Assembly: GCF_022045235.1 (NCBI RefSeq)
Contig: NW_027266273.1
Span: 27,838,001 to 27,902,000 of the forward strand
DNA: 64,000 nucleotides
Reading direction: 5' to 3'
DNA from: Haliotis cracherodii
Taxonomy: Eukaryota
The notes beneath the pieces are model-generated. The model did no database searches and was not told the DNA's origin. It saw nothing but the letters and a program-made list of their open reading frames with translations. Positions within the stretch are counted from its first letter, which is position 1. Each line of letters begins with the position of its first letter. Made by a program: the position numbers and the translations under genes. Of the stretch, positions 1-15,337 are shown in pieces.

Positions 1-2661
1 CATGTTATACACCAGTTGAAAGGTCTGATCTTACTGATTATAAATATGAAAGTTATGTTTATCACATTATTTAAAAAAGTGCATTTACCTTTGCCGAACT
101 AAGCTGCAATAACAGAGTTACGAGTCTATGCATAGTCCCATCAAAATTGCTTTTCATCAAGGTGCTCACATTATAGGATGCACTTAGCTGGGTAAGACTC
201 GTAATATTACAACATAGACGTTGATTATCAAGCAGATTGTCTTGACTGTGCGCCACCATTATTTGAAGCAAATGCAAATGATATGAGAGATGGAACCTGA
301 TTGGTCAATAGGAGGAACACAGAAGGGACATAACTTGCATTAGCCACTTGTGGCGCTACGATTGAGCCTGGAAATTCCGGCAAAATTCGGCAAGGTTGGA
401 AACTGGACTTTTATAGTCAGTTAACACCCTTGCCTCGGAAAGATGTCCTCATGTATAATTCATTTCAGATTTAGACAAAAGGTTTTGATTAAATCATGTT
501 ATTCTGAGCATTTTAAACAGGAAATCGCAACCTGCATTAAAAAATGTGGAACTTCATAGAAGCATCGCGCTTGGTTACAACCCATGAAAATGATTTTTCA
601 TGCATATATTTTGGTACTAAACATCCATGTCCGAATGTGAACATCGAGGCGACAAAAGCTGAGATATCATTTGAATTACATTACATGCTATCACATGAAA
701 ATATAGAAATATTAAGTTAGATAATTTTTTATATTTTTTTGTTGATTTATTTATACTTTATGTAATATATTTAAAGACTTGCTTGAAACATCTTTATTTG
801 GCTATTTGACATGTTCGATAGGGACCCTTGTCGATGCATCTGTCCCAGAACTGTTACTAAAATAACACTGTGGGGAAACGGTTAATCAATTTTAAATCTA
901 TCAATAAAATATGATAAATTGAAATGAAAACGGTATTTTCAGACATTGTGAAAAGTGATGGATTTAAAACATGAATAATATGACAGATGGTTTACATATA
1001 TTTACATTATTTTGACGTGGCTATGGCCTAAACATATGTAACTTCTGAAAGGGGCCGATCCGGTTTAAAGTTAAGTCTACAAACTTGAACATCATAACAT
1101 AATTTTGGTATTTCTTTGTGTTGGTTTTCTTGAAAACATAACTAGGGCTGGGATGATACACGATGATACACACTGCATCACGATACCGTGCTCACAATCC
1201 GATATGTATCACGATACTTGCATGTGCTCTCATCTGTGGTGCGTAAGCCATCTTTTTCATTTACAGGATGGCAAAATACCTGGCACACTGACGATTTACA
1301 GTTGACGATTGTTTCGCCATGTATTCCAAAATTTAGTTAAATGTTTTGGCCTTTCACTTCCGTTTTGGCCCAATTCGAACTTCGCGTGAAGATTGTCTGA
1401 TCTTATTCACAATACTGCTGACATTTGTCTCGCCTGAGGGAAAAGAGTATTGTTCGGGATCCTTTGGGGTTTCAAAGTTGTAATGGTGAAGCAAATAAAA
1501 CAGAAAGAGTTGTTTGTAAACATGGTAAACTGTGACAGCATTCACGTGGACCACTTTGAGGTAACTGCAATACTTGCCCTGACATACCAGATGTTGATTT
1601 ATCGACTGGACATTTCATGAATAGGTCGCTTTAACAAACAATGTATTGTTTACTTCCAGCACCTAGAAACATGTATATTGCAATTTGAGACAAGTACGCC
1701 CTCTAAACTAGATGTCGTCACATTGCTGGAATATTGCGAAAAGTGGCATAACAAATATTTCAAACATACATACTCAAAAGTTTATTTTACCTTTGAGCAA
1801 TTTGATGATAACCAATACGCACACCTGTGATTCTGGGTCACCAAGGAAGGTCAAACCAAACTTTTTAAAACTAGAAGATTGTTTAATAGTTGGTTGTGTT
1901 TCGAATAGAAACTGTGAGAGTGAGTTGGGTTTAAACAATATTTGATTCATATTGTAAACAGCACACAACCGGCACGTCTTGTTTATTTCAATTCAGACTC
2001 AAAACTAACCGTAACACATCCGTTACTCCCTTGACAACCATACATCAATATCCTAGCAATGTTACCTAACATGTTCTATCACTTACCCTACGATCTATCT
2101 CTTAGCAACTTCCGAATCCATTCATTCATCTAACTTCTATTTACATTCGATACAATTCCGGTAATCAGAGTTACCCCCCTTAGCCCATTCGCACAATGCT
2201 AACATCACAACATGTCAGCCTAATGTGAGAAGTTTATCAGAGCACATTTCACACCCATATATCACATACAAACACCCATTACCTGCCCTTCTTTCTGTGA
2301 AAGATCAACACGAGGAAGTAGATATATCTCTTTTCCCCGACAGGAAAGCATGGTAAGATGGACCATCTCAAGAAAATATTACCGTACCTGATGAATAACC
2401 CTACGTATTTATTTCCTCTCTAACTCTTCACAATTTGAGGTACACCATGAATTGGAAACAGACACACTACATTCAATAATGTGTCCTCATTGTCAAATGT
2501 ACTATAATCATGTGTTTTTGAGTCATATATCAGTTAAGTATCATCAACACTATAATAAAGTAGTGTTTGAAATACAGGTGAGTCCAGGGGTCCTCCTATA
2601 GTACTTGAATCTGGCAACCTCAAGATCTTTAACTTCAAGCTTCAAGGCAATGACCTTTCAT

Positions 2662-2753
2662 GGTCATTCTTATTTCAAACACTTGGTCATTCTTATTTAA
2701 AACACTTGGTCATTCTTATTTCAAACACTTGGTCATTCTTATTTCAAACACTT
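2662..2753. repeat. 23-bp tandem repeat, 4 copies
   Basis: GGTCATTCTTATTTCAAACACTT repeated. Confidence 0.9.
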
Positions 2754-2864
2754 GATTATTCATATTATCATAGCCCATTGTTTTGGAATGTGTAATCCAG
2801 GGGGTCAATATTCATCAAGAATTTAGTTACATGATCTACTCATATGAAAGCCTATGCAATTGGG

Positions 2865-3071
2865 TAGTGGTGGGACGATACACAGATGCATCGATGGATC
2901 GCGTTATTTCACTTCCCGATACAAGTATCGATCACAGTTGCACACAAAGTAAAAATATGGGTTACGCACTACAGATACGAGCACATACAACCATCCTGAT
3001 ATGTATCGGATATTGAGCAAGGTATCGTGATACGTATTGGATCGCACAGTTGATGTATCGTCCCAGCCCAA
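2865..3071. mobile_element. hAT-type MITE
   Basis: TIRs TAGTGGTGGGACGATAC and GTATCGTCCCAGCCCAA with an 8-bp TSD CAATTGGG (2857-2864 and 3072-3079). Related pieces at about 1143-1320 and 58372-59148. Confidence 0.8.
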
Positions 3072-3433
3072 CAATTGGGTCTATTTTGGGTCTATTCCTC
3101 TCATTCAGAACAGCACTTCCTCAGAAATCCCCAAAATGATGACAAGATACCAATAAACTGTAAAAAGAATTTGAAAGGTATCTTCATGGTTAACAGCAAT
3201 GATTGCTTCAAAGCACAATTCAACTTCAGGACAAGAACAATCTCCAAAAAGTTACATTTACTTTTCAGATAATGTTCTTTGGCTCTATTGCAATAAATAA
3301 TACCCACACTTGTTGGTTACCATTGTATTTAAATCTATGGACTCCATAAATATAACTTTCAAGGTCAACATTAGGGTTACGATATGGACAGCCTGACTCA
3401 CACTGAATACAGTGTTATTGACAAAACACTCAC

Positions 3434-6400
3434 CTTGAGGAAACGACAGCACGGGATGGAACGATGCATCAAGAAGTGAGACTCGTTCTTGCACAGGCAT
3501 GACATCAGGGTGGACAGTTTGTGCGTTATTATAGCGCCCCCCACACATGGGGCATGGCATCACAGGCGGATAACATTCACACTTGACAGTAGAGAGACGA
3601 GCAGCCTTACGACTGGTCTGATGTAAACCAAACGTCCTCAACAACTTGCGCTTTCTGTAACTACGTAATGGTCGGCACCGAGCTGCTTGAGTCGTTGGAT
3701 CAACAACCGATGATAAGTCGGACTTGTCCACCAACAATCGCACGTCGGCAACAGGGGTGTCCGAACTAGCATCGTCAGAATTTCCTATTGGTGACTCTAT
3801 AAATCCATTTAATGATCGTCCTGTTGAAGGAGTACTAGATTTGATACTGTTTTGTTGAGGTGAAAGACAGTTTCCAAGGGACTGAGAGAGGCGGGAGGCT
3901 TGTTTGTCAACATTTGACAACACCGTGGAAATGCTACACGGAGACATCTCATTTTTCTGATCTAGACTAGTTACACGATTATCTGAGCCTGCAGGTCTGG
4001 CAACAGTTTTAACTGCAGGGTGAAAGCGAGTCAATAGATTCTGAGGCGAAGGCGCATCCCCCAGAACAATGCTGCCTTTACTGTTCCGTATCTGTTTATA
4101 AATCTCACTCTGTTGACGAATACGGTATTCCAGATCTGACACCTGCGCCTGTAGCCATGTCCACCGGGCTGCTACAGCCGCTCGCTCCACCGCCCACTTC
4201 CATTCAGCCCGTCGATGTCTGTATAAACAAACACACAAAAGTTAGCTTCAGCTTTAATTTGTGATGAGAACTGGACAAAACAATGACTGACAATTGATCT
4301 ATCATAGCTGTTGATGTTTGTTCTTTTCACACCAGACACAGCGATATCATGGCCCCCTGTAAACAGCCGAGTCGGGACCAGACAAACCTGTGATTGCCGT
4401 CAAGGTCCAGGTAACTGAGCATGACCATCCAATCTAAATTAGTTGCCTGGTTCAACATGTACGAGAGTGATGGGGACATATTAATCATAAAACCTTGGTT
4501 GTCTGGAAAATGTCATGAACTGGATCATAAATATTTCAACATTAAAAGTTCTCACTTTCCTTGTTTTCATAAGTATCAACAAAATTACAAAACTTGCTGT
4601 TTATATTTTACCTTAACTAGTAACATCTGTTATTTGTCTACCGAAGTACAAAGTGAAGCCATTTTTCTCTTGAAACGTTTAATGTTTCCTTAAAACAATA
4701 TATATCCTATACTACTCCCCATAAATCCATTTAAAATCTACTTAATATTAAAGTAAGAGAGAGAGATGTGGGAATTATTTTGGTGTGACTTAATACAGTG
4801 TGTGACAATGAGTCGTGAGTCGTATTATTGGCTAGTGTGTATTTTCTATGAATATCAAAACCTGACATTGACAACCCTAGTTTAATACTGAAAGTCTCAA
4901 ACATACACCATCAATGAATGAATCCACAACAAACTTGGTTGACCTGTAGTCATGAAGTCTTTGATAGGCATTTTGGATTTGGAAACTAGCATCCCTTCAT
5001 CATTCATCTGATGAAGGGGCAAGAAGTTGCCCTGAAGCATCCTAACAAACAATGGAAGTTGTTTTCTGCAGTCAATTTCATGGCTTCTCCTGTAGTCCTG
5101 CACAGAATGTGGGTTTTCTACTGCCAATCACTTGGTTTATGTATCCAACCCAAAACATCAGAAATGTAGTTTTTGATTCCAACAAAGTTTGTAATAAAAA
5201 TATCAAACAATATAAGAAGCAAGATTTCCTACTGTTTCCTATACATTTGTGCAGCAGTGCAAGTTTTCATGCGAAAAAACGATTTTTCTGTATTGATACA
5301 AGACAATAAACTTGCTAAAATAAATTACTTCTCTTGTTTTATTGACCCCCACCCCAGCATTTTTGTGAGTCAAATATTGCAAAATGTGTTGTAATTAGCT
5401 TGTCAAGTTCACTACTAAAAATATCACTACCATGTGTCTCAGCTAGCTTACCCTTTGGTCAGGTGAAATAGTGTTTAACATTGCGTTCAAGATTATTGCA
5501 CTTATATAGAGGTGTTTGTTGGGTGGGTGGCTGTGTGTGTCCTTGTCCGGACTAATGCCGATTTTATAGCACAGCCCACTGAGATACCATGCCACAGTTT
5601 AGCATGAATAGAACACTCAGACACAGTATACTGACTCTGAACTGACAAGTCCTTGCTTTATCCCCTTTATGCCGAGCGCCAGGCAGGGTTTAAACAAGAG
5701 GTGCCATCTTTTAATGCCTTTTGGTGTGACGCAACAAAACCCATGACCTTCTGCTCCACTAGGCCAAAGAGGTGTTTTTTTCCTTTGGTCCTACTGTGAA
5801 ATATATATATATTTGACACAAATTTCTTAGCAACCAATTTTTCATGACACGTATCATGACCTTACTGTATAGTTTCACCCCTACTAGCTAGTATGGATAC
5901 ACACATGCAGTGCTTCTGCAATGTTTCAGTTAAGCATGTAAGTTAAAAAGGTCATAACCCCATTGTTCAGAGCAAAAAGAGTTCAAGGGATCTGTCCAAA
6001 AACTATAGCAGCAAGTGTAAAGGACCCTAAGATGTCCTAATTTCAAATACTGATCTATAAGCTATCAAACAATCATTGACAATTATTGATCACCAGAACA
6101 TCTGTTATTTGGGCAATATTTACAATTTACAGTTTCCCCAGAAACCCCATGGAGGTGAACTGGTGTAGACTCAGTGTGTTAGTAATAGTAGTAATACAAT
6201 TGACTGACGTATCCTTATAACCATACACCTTGTCACAGCCTCGGTCAGGGTTATACAATCACTGGTGCAGAAGTAGGTCAGACATTCACAGCTTGCGGGG
6301 ATCAAACTACTAGCCTGAACAAGGATCTTCCTACACTCACCAGAAGTTTGTAGAGAAAGAAACAACCCCGATATGAGCTCAGTCACATCCCTGACAGATA

Positions 6401-9400
6401 AGATGAAGTCTAGTGTACTTGACAGGGTTAGAAATTGGCACTAGTCCTATAGTCCTTGCGAAACTGCTCAATAGTAAAGGTATCCTAAGGACTAGTAGAA
6501 TTTTGACATATTTAAAGGTTTTGCTATATGCTATCATTATAAGGACTAGTGGACTGAAACTGTTAGTTTCTACCGCTGCTTGATGTCATCTGCTACATGT
6601 ATTCCACATTATATAAAAAAGTATTTCAATTTAGGAACCCCTAAAGTAAGTCTTAACAATAATTGTTTATGACAAGAACTTCATTCCTAATTTGCAAACA
6701 TTGCCTTACGTTGATCAACCTTGGATTTATTTAAGTTGGACCAACAGGTCCACAGGCCTGGAGAAAATATATGCATCTTTGCATTGAAAAAGTGTTGGGA
6801 TTAAATATTTGTAAACTACAAAATTGTGCTGTCAGTTTTTCAATAGTTTACTTTTCACATGTTGCCTTTCCACCCTAGATGACCGCTGTTGCATGGTAAC
6901 CTGGTAACACAAAAAGACAGGTATCCTCTCATTTAATACACTATTTACAGAACAAAGGGATCAGGTCAAAAGGAAAGTATTTTTCACATTCTTAGTGGAT
7001 ACATAGCTGAGTTGTATATACTTGTTAATAATTTTATTTTACAATGTTATTTTAGTGGGTAAGCTAACAAAATACAAAATGTACATACAGGTAGACAATC
7101 CATGACCATTTCATGTCTAATGCAACGCCATTTAATTCACCTGCTTATTGGTTACTTAACTCTATAAGTACCAAATAAACGACAAACAGCAGGTAAGTAT
7201 GTCTAGACTCACCTAGGGACTCAAACGCAATTCTGCATCTTACACGTTACTTGCATAAAAATTGAAAAAGGACACAGAAAAATGCAGACTGCATCCACTG
7301 GAATGCAGGAAAATTGTATGTTTAAGAATGAATGCTGCTATTTCATAATTTGATGCCACTTTAAATAAGTTTCCCTAATTAATCATCTAAAACATACAAT
7401 ACACAGTCGAATCTTTTAACGACCTTCTAGTGGTAGCACTTGGGGAACTCCACATCATTTTAACTGACAACCACTGACTGAGCATGCGCATTCACACATT
7501 TCGTCACTTCAGGTAGAGTTCTGACTTCAATTTTTGACATTTCACCGGGACCCTCATTTTGTTTGTTGTTCAACGCTGCTCTCAGCAATATTCCAGCTAT
7601 ATGACAGCACTCTGAAAATAACTGACTATGGACCATACAATGCAGTGACAGATATTAGAAGCATTGATCTACACATTTGGGATACTATGGCATGAATCAA
7701 CAAGTCAGCAAGACTGACCACCTGTGCCATTAGTCGCCTTTTACAACCAGCATGGTTTGCTTACAAGGAATTCTAGCCTAGATTTTCAACCCAATTTTGT
7801 AACATGGGACCCTAAAAATTAATTTTTTGAGTCTCCCTGGACCCACAACATACATCACTCAGGTAATGCCTGCATGCCAACCACCCCCAGAAAAACATAT
7901 CAGAAGGCTGTCACTTCCACAACATGGTGATTGAAAACAGAACAGGCCTGTACTCAGATATATTTCCATGTCAGATGACTGTCACTGCTGGAAAGCTACA
8001 TTCATTGATTAATACAGTAGTAACATTATCAGGCCATGTGATTATTAAGTCATCTCTTGTACAAATTGCTTAATGACATTTTTAAAAATGATTCAAATTC
8101 AGCTGCCTGACAAATATGACATTCCAGAATTTCATTATTTTAATAACCTCGCCCACACTTCGATATCCCTATGTCAATGCACTTGTCTTTTAACCCGACA
8201 TGGTTTTACAAATGTTGGAATAACATGCCTAATCTACCATGTCGTTACTTTGTATATATAAAACAAGGTAAACAAAATAGAAACTACTGCTGCAAGTGAC
8301 ATTTGTTAGTGACAATATTTCTAGGAATTGCTCTCAATAAGAAAGGGGATTCCCCCTCTGGGTCATGACCCACAGCTGCATTGCGATCTGTGAGAGATGT
8401 TCTATTATTATCCCCCAGTCACCAGTTCCTGATTGCTGGTCACAGCTAGCCTGTGAATGGTGGGAGCAATCATGCATAGCCATCATATCAGTGTCAGGGT
8501 AGACCTGAACACCAGCTACCATTAGTAGGCTGCTCTTGGAGACTATCTAGAACTTTCCATTAGCTCAACGCAATACACAAATCATCTTACCCTTTTCTAT
8601 TTCAAGGACATTGCTTTTGTTCACCATGTGTGGTTAAACAGTCAAGGAGTGGGATAACAACCAGAGCTACAGATAAGCAGAGTATTCGCGTAAAATACCC
8701 CCCCCCCCCCCCTCAAATATTCAAAACCCAATTACTTTCCATTAACTTGAATACAGAAACACATGCATTAAATGAAAAAAACTCGAACGTATGAAAACAG
8801 CACGCGTTTATACTCAGTATAAGTAAAAAGGAGCTAAATTCCAAAACACAGTTACGAGCTAATTTACTTCTGAGTCAAGACTATATATTTAGAACAGTTA
8901 TTTACATCTAAAACATTATTTCATTCTTTTTAAATTTTTAAATTTTCACTAACTTGGGGAAAAACCAAATAGAATGATGAATAGATGAGTGATAAAATAT
9001 CGGTTACCCAATAAAAATGTAATAACCCAATTGAAATAGAAACCCTAAAAACAATAGCTCAAAGAGTTATCTGGAGTTCTGACAACTCATAAATCGCAAT
9101 TAGAAAATAGCTCAATGAGGTTTGCAGTTTTTCTTAACAAATACAATGATCATGGTCTTGCTAACATCAAACAGTATTTGTATATCCATGTAGAACATCA
9201 TACATCAAAATGGAGCAGGTCATTACGCGAAAAGGCAACTTATTCCTGAAACATATATATGATTTTCTATTTCTAAAAATAAAACTTTCATTAAAAAAAC
9301 TAAATTGTAAATATATAAACTTAATCTTGTTGCTATATGGCTGAAATACTGCTGATGCGATATTAAATTTTAACTCACTATTTTTAAGAATATGAGCTAC

Positions 9401-10762
9401 CATGGCTGTCATGGCCCTAGTTTTCACAGGTAAGCAATGTCAGTATGTGACTAAACAAAATCAATATAAAGCTGGGAGTATAAAAATTTAACGACAAATC
9501 ATGTACATTTAAGTAAAAAGAATAATACAATACCCAAACACTTACAATGGCGGAGAGGGACCTTTCTTTTCTTTTACAAGATCTCCATCGAACTCATCAC
9601 AACTTTCTCCACCTGAACTGCTCTCTGTTGCATCCGAGTCGACCACTGATTCCAGGCTCTTGATCATTGAGCACATGTGATCAGCTGATGTTTCAGATTC
9701 ATTCCGCACAGACTTGTCCATTTTCAAAACGTTTGTCGTCGTCTGAATCACTGCCTCTGTTTTCGGCGGATGGACGAGGCGTTGATTCAGTGACAAGTTT
9801 TTAGGTGCCTGAAGCTTTCTAACTAAATTAACAAGGGCAGCTGTTGAGAGATTTTTCACATCTTCACTCTGTAATAATTCTGTTTTTAGTTCAGTGCCAG
9901 TTACCGGGGCATTAATAGACTTCACAACAGTTTCTAAATTTTTATGTTGATATTCTACAAAATGGTGAAGTTGCTGTCTAGTATGATTTTCTATTTGACG
10001 TCCCTGAAGTCGGCGTAGACGACGCATAAGAAATTCTGTCCTACGTTGAAGTTGATGTTGAGATGTTGAAACACATTCCTTCAGATCTTCCGTGGTCTTA
10101 TCACTTTCATTATTTTCCAAGTCCACTTTTGTGTTTGATGGACATGGCCCTGCTTCTTCCTGGGCTTGAATTACGGCATCATTTCCACCATGCTTGCTAT
10201 CCACATTGGATGCAGTGTTCTGATCTGAAGAAATGTCACTTTCACAAATTTTCTTTCCATCTTTCACAACATCAGGCACTGATGACTTTCCATTAACAAA
10301 TGATGCACTCTCAGATGGTTCTTTCGGTGATAACGTTTCTGGCTTTGTGTTTTCATTTTTAGATGCAGGTTGATTCATACCTCCTTTCTCAAGCTTTGCA
10401 AAAGACTTGATAAATTCACTCTGGAATGCTGACACTTCTTTTTTGTGGAGATTCGAGATGGCAGCGGTAACCCCTAAATTCTGGAGATTGGTTGCAAGAT
10501 TGCAGGTGTTCAATTTTACACTGTGACCTCCGTTTAGCAGATGACCTGCTAAATTGGTCACTTGTTTGGTAGATCTCTGCACCTTGTCCAGGGACAGGCG
10601 ACTGTCAACTACCGCTAATTCGTGTTGCGCCGTCAATTTGTGATCCTTGCCGTTTAGAACCGTAGTCGGGGTAGTTACTGATGGCGTCGTTGTAGCTGGT
10701 AGTGTCGCTTTAATTCTGACCTGACTAGCCGCCTCAGTAAGCGCGGGAGCCATTGCGGCCAT
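3434..10762 (-). CDS. KANSL1: KAT8 regulatory NSL complex subunit 1 (KANSL1/KANSL1L family), first two coding exons; gene continues beyond the left edge
   Basis: Exons 10762-9546 (1217 nt, phase 2, donor GTAAGT) and 4218-3434 (785 nt, acceptor CAG, donor GTGAGT) join in frame. The N-terminus MAAMAPALTE and the motifs LMRRLRRLQ, DSDATESSSGGESCDE, ERAAVAARWTWLQAQVSDLEYRIRQQSEIYKQIR, AARCRP and FHPVLSFP are recognisable KANSL1 blocks. Confidence 0.93.
6423..6578. mobile_element. Short MITE (CAGGGTTAGAAA.../...TTTCTACCGCTG)
   Basis: Imperfect TIRs and internal ACTAGTCC motifs. Homologues at about 19675-19801, 25734-26160 and 34050-34198. Confidence 0.7.
8662..9081 (+). mobile_element. MITE of the CAGAGCT..AGATAA TIR family
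   Basis: Ends CAGAGCTACAGATAAG and GTTATCTGGAGTTCTG. An inverted homologue lies at about 55712-56142. Confidence 0.8.
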
Positions 10763-11339
10763 ACAACATATCCTCAGAGGGAGTGGACTCGACATGCAAT
10801 TCTGAAAATCATTTGACAATTATTCTCAAATAGCACAAGGTGTAGACTTATTATGTATGATTCGACAGAGTTCAATCATGCCTATTGTCTCTGATGAATT
10901 GTCACCAGTCGACTGACACAGACACAAGACGGGAAATATCATGAAGCACGTGACTTTTGTCATATATCATTATCTTTACTCTAGTGCCTCCTAGACCAGA
11001 TATGCGTGATCAAAATAGTGTACCACACATAATTGAAAGTCTCAAATAAACCAACGCAGTTGAAAATGTCAATCAAAGACCAGGTGGAGTGAAATCGCCG
11101 ATGCAATTCCGATATGAAAGACGCGTAATGTACCCGGACAATATCACGTGACTTCGCCACGTCCTGCTTTATACGAACCCTCTAGTCTCATCACCAGTCT
11201 ATTGCGCTGTAATTCGTCGCATTTGTGGTGCTGAAACGTATCCCAATGAAAGTTAATATCTTCTAAATTCTATGATTACTGTCAAACATGACCAAGGAGT
11301 TTGCCTAATGTCCGAATTTGAGCAATATTTTTGCACAGC

Positions 11340-11470
11340 CAGCAATGATTTCACATCCAACATGGCGGTCAGTTGTGCTTGCTCCATCACAAACAAAAAT
11401 GTGGTTTAGTACAATTACATCAATTGCGCTACCCCCCTCTAGAGCGCAATGCTGATTGGCTGGCACGGCT
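11340..11470 (-). promoter_or_regulatory. Probable KANSL1 promoter
   Basis: CpG-richer patch about 600 bp upstream of the ATG, with a YY1-like CCGCCATGTT (minus, 11359-11368) and a CCAAT box (ATTGG at 11455-11459). Confidence 0.5.
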
Positions 11471-12233
11471 GGGTCATCTAGGTCAAAGTAAGCTAGGTTT
11501 TATGGGTTGTACAATACGCTAGTGCAATAACGCAGTAATGAAACGATGTCTGTTGGTAAATAGCTTTACGTTATTAATCACAATATTATTAAAATATATA
11601 TTTTGACAATACGCCTATTTACTACATCTAATTATGTAGTATTTAATTATAAAGCAAAATTATTGTCAATTCAGCAACATCATTGTTGGCGGCAAGATTG
11701 CTGTTTACAATTTCCCTGAATTACACAAACGTTTGTTTTCAGATTGTGATCTAAACCTACTCGTCATATCTGACCTATCAGTGTCATAGGTGCTTTCAGC
11801 GCTTATACCGACACCTGAAGTACTTCACCAAACCGATGACTCATGTTAACGATTCCGCGTCGAAATGTGATGTGCAGTCCCATCACAGGGCGTCGGACAG
11901 CGCCCGTGTATCCGGAACTAGACTAACACTTAGTCTAGGAAAACATTTCTTTGAAATAATTTTAATTTTATGTTCTCAAAAGAACCTTCCCTCTTTTGCT
12001 GTTTCCATAGCAGAATCAAGGAAACTAGACTTGGTTAAGTTTGATCTATTTGATTTAGGATTTTAGTAAAGTAAAATTCCACTGTCATGGCGCAGGATTA
12101 ACCCTGTATGTGCAATGGCTGATTAGTGTACCGACGTAGCTATAGGCGCCTTTTAACTGGACCATTTGCTCGGGAAAAACAAATGATCACAAGCGGTATT
12201 TTCACGGAGTCTACTAGACATAGTAGTCTAAAT

Positions 12234-12264
<31 letters not shown>

Positions 12265-13439
12265 TTATGCATGCTTGTGGTAAGAGGCGACTATAAACGG
12301 GATCGGGTGGGCAGGCTTGCTGATCGATGCTCCTGATGTGTACCTGGATTGTCTGGTCCGGATTCGATTATTTACAGACGTCATAAAGCAATACTATTGC
12401 TGAGAGTTGCCTTAATCAAGATACAAAACAAACAAAGAAACAAAACAAAACATAAAACATGTAGGGTGTGGGGTCAGACAACGTGGGTTGCTGTAAGAGG
12501 CGACTAACGAGATCGGGTGGTCAGGCTCGCTGACTTGGTTGATGCATGTCATCGTATCCCAATTGCATGGATCGATGCTCATGATGTCAGTCACTGGACT
12601 GTCTGGTCCAGATTTGATTATTTACAGACCGCCGTCCTATAGCTGGTATATGCTGAGTGCGGCGTTAAACAACAAATAAACAAACAAACAAACAACGTGT
12701 ATACAGTATGCATGGAACTTGGTCTCGAGAGGCTGCAATGTGCGGAGGCTTACTGGCGTCCCCTCCGTGATGTAGCGGGAATATTAATACTGCTAAAAGC
12801 GGCGTAAACCCAACTCATCCCTGAAAGACTGACACCTGTGTTGTAAATATAGCTGCTTATACATGTCCGTTATCCGTAGGTAGAAACCTATTTCACCGAG
12901 GTTGTATCTGAAATATTTCAAACTGTTAAAGTCATGCAGTGTGACATCTTCCCGAGACAAGGGAGGTAACTGACTGTAAAAGTCCAGTTTCCACTGGACT
13001 GTTACAGTAAGTTAACTCCCTTGCCACGGGGAGATTGTAGTGTGACGTCATGTGTCCTTGAGTTTTCAGCTTGTGTAACTTCCCTGGCGTTGTAAATATG
13101 CGTATTTATGTTACTCAGGAAACTCAGCGTTATGGCTTATTGTAAACAAGAAATGCTTAAACTAATTACAAGGAATCAGATGTCACTGATTCCCTGAATA
13201 GTCTGCACGTTAATATATATTGCTGTGAAACATGTAACAAAAAGCATGGAACGTTCATGCTTTGTTTGTATCGACGCTTCCGGGAACCTTCGTCGAGTGA
13301 ATGAATCATCATATACTGAATGAACAATCACCCAATGAATAGACAGAACACTATTGGAGGAGGTCCATAACAACGTCTGGCCTTTAAGTGCAACCTCTTA
13401 ATGACAATTCAAGACTTAGCTGACGATGCCTCTGTGACC

Positions 13440-13890
13440 ACCCGGGTTAGAATTGGTCTTCAGCAACCCATGTTTGTCGTAACAGGCGTCTAACGGGATT
13501 GTTTGTTTGTTGTTTAACGCCGCAGGCAGCAACATTCCAGATATATGTTGGCATGCATTAACCAAGTCAGCGATCCTGACCATCCGACCCCATTAGTCGC
13601 CTCATATGACAAGCATATCCGGGTATGTCTTGACTGTAGGGCCCCATCGCGGCTCCCGGCTATAGGGTTACTGAAGACCTATTCTAACCTGGATCTTCAC
13701 GGGTACTAACGGGATTGGGTGGTCAGGCTCGCTGACTTGGTTGATGCATGTCCCATCTTATCCCAACTGCGTAGATAATTGTTCATGATATCAATCACTA
13801 GATTGTCTGGTCAAGACTCGATTATTTGCAGACCCCCGTCATATAGCTGGAATAGTTCTGAGTGCGGCGTAAAATAACCGACAAACACAA
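13440..13890. mobile_element. Family B SINE containing an inverted family B SINE
   Basis: Inner minus copy at about 13501-13705, flanked by CTAACGGGATT duplications. Confidence 0.8.
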
Positions 13891-15337
13891 AAGCCATAAA
13901 TTTAACTTTTTCGATGTAAACATATATAAAGAAATTGATATTCATATCAGTATTGAAAAATATTGAACATAGGGTTTTTAAAAATTCTTTAGTGTTTTAA
14001 ATATAACTGGCCTGTGTCGATTTTATTGTTCTTCAAAGTTACGACAGAGCAAAGCCTCACATTCAAAGGGAGGTAATCCATACACGCTGCTATCAAGTAT
14101 ATGACGATGTTATTTTAAGGGTGCTTTACTTGATAAATATTATTACAAGACTTGTAAGGGGAACTAAGGTCCAGACTCGTCGTTTATTTGTTTGTTTGTT
14201 TAACGCCGCTCTCAGCAATATAAACAGCTATATGACGGCGGTCTGTAAATAATCGAGTCTGGACCAGACAATCCAGTTGGTTGACATCATGAGCATCGAA
14301 CTTCAACAGAAAGTGTGGTCTTTAAATTGTATTAAGACACTAATCTTCCATTTTTATTTTGATCGAATAAATGTTTAGATCAAACTTAGTATTACGTTCT
14401 ATCGTGAAAATAACTGTAGGCCTTATTTGTCCTCTTGTTCAAAATTTGTTTACTGACTGTTCTTGACATTTTCTTGTCAGGCTATTGTGTTGACCGCGTC
14501 ATCTGCTCTCGTCACCTGTTCTGCTTGTGGACTATACACTCTAACACACTGATGTTAACACATAAACCATATAGTCCTACTATACTTAACGCCAAAAGAA
14601 ACGCGAACCATAAAATCATATACAGAAGAATTTACCTTAGGAAGAGATGTTTCCAGAGTGTATCACTTAATAACAAAACTAACAATCAGTCAAGTGTTAC
14701 CACAGAGTGTCTTTATTCCTTTCACGATATGCAGCAGCTGATTTCCAAACTGTACATGCTCATCCTACCCAAGACTAATGGTGCATATCGAGTCATGGAT
14801 CTATGACGTCACATGTGATGCGTTCATGAGCGTTGGTTCACACAATATAACAGTATGTTCGTTTGTGCATCGAACCAATCTTATGTCTCTTGAAAAGGAG
14901 TAATTCTTCCTATATTAACCAATATACATGGTATTCGCGTTTCTTTTGTCGGTGAGTATATATTTGGAATTAATGTTGGTACAAATTTAAACAGTGCAGC
15001 GTTAAACAACAAACACATTTAAACGATGGGTAAATATATGAATATTTGCGAGTACAATTACAGTGTATTTCCTATCCATGTATTGTTATATAATACATAC
15101 ATGCTGCCTAGGGAAACTACATTGTTCTGTAAAGCAATACATTTGAAAGATCCCTAGGCTATATTGAATTGGCACAATTTACGTAATAATCTAAGGGGGA
15201 TAACTCAGGCCTATTTAGCTCGGGAAACGGGCTCAAAACGGCATAACATTTTCACCCTGAGCTTCCAACTTTCACTGTAAGAAGACACTGCAAATAATGC
15301 TTCTAAACAAACTATTTTCCTTCTTCTTTTTCTTGTC

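Noticed and set aside
1143-3071. A single 1.9-kb hAT element bounded by GGGCTGGGA.GATAC TIRs
   Set aside because: The right end already pairs with 2865 through a perfect 8-bp TSD, so 1143 is a separate partial copy.
1-3433. Further KANSL1 exons (PEHE-domain half)
   Set aside because: No convincing in-phase exon with KANSL1 similarity was found; the region is MITE-rich intron and the remainder presumably lies left of the window.
10763-10819. ORF-track N-terminal extension of KANSL1
   Set aside because: It starts at a non-ATG codon. The conserved start is MAAMAPALT at 10762, although an in-frame ATG at 10795 cannot be excluded.
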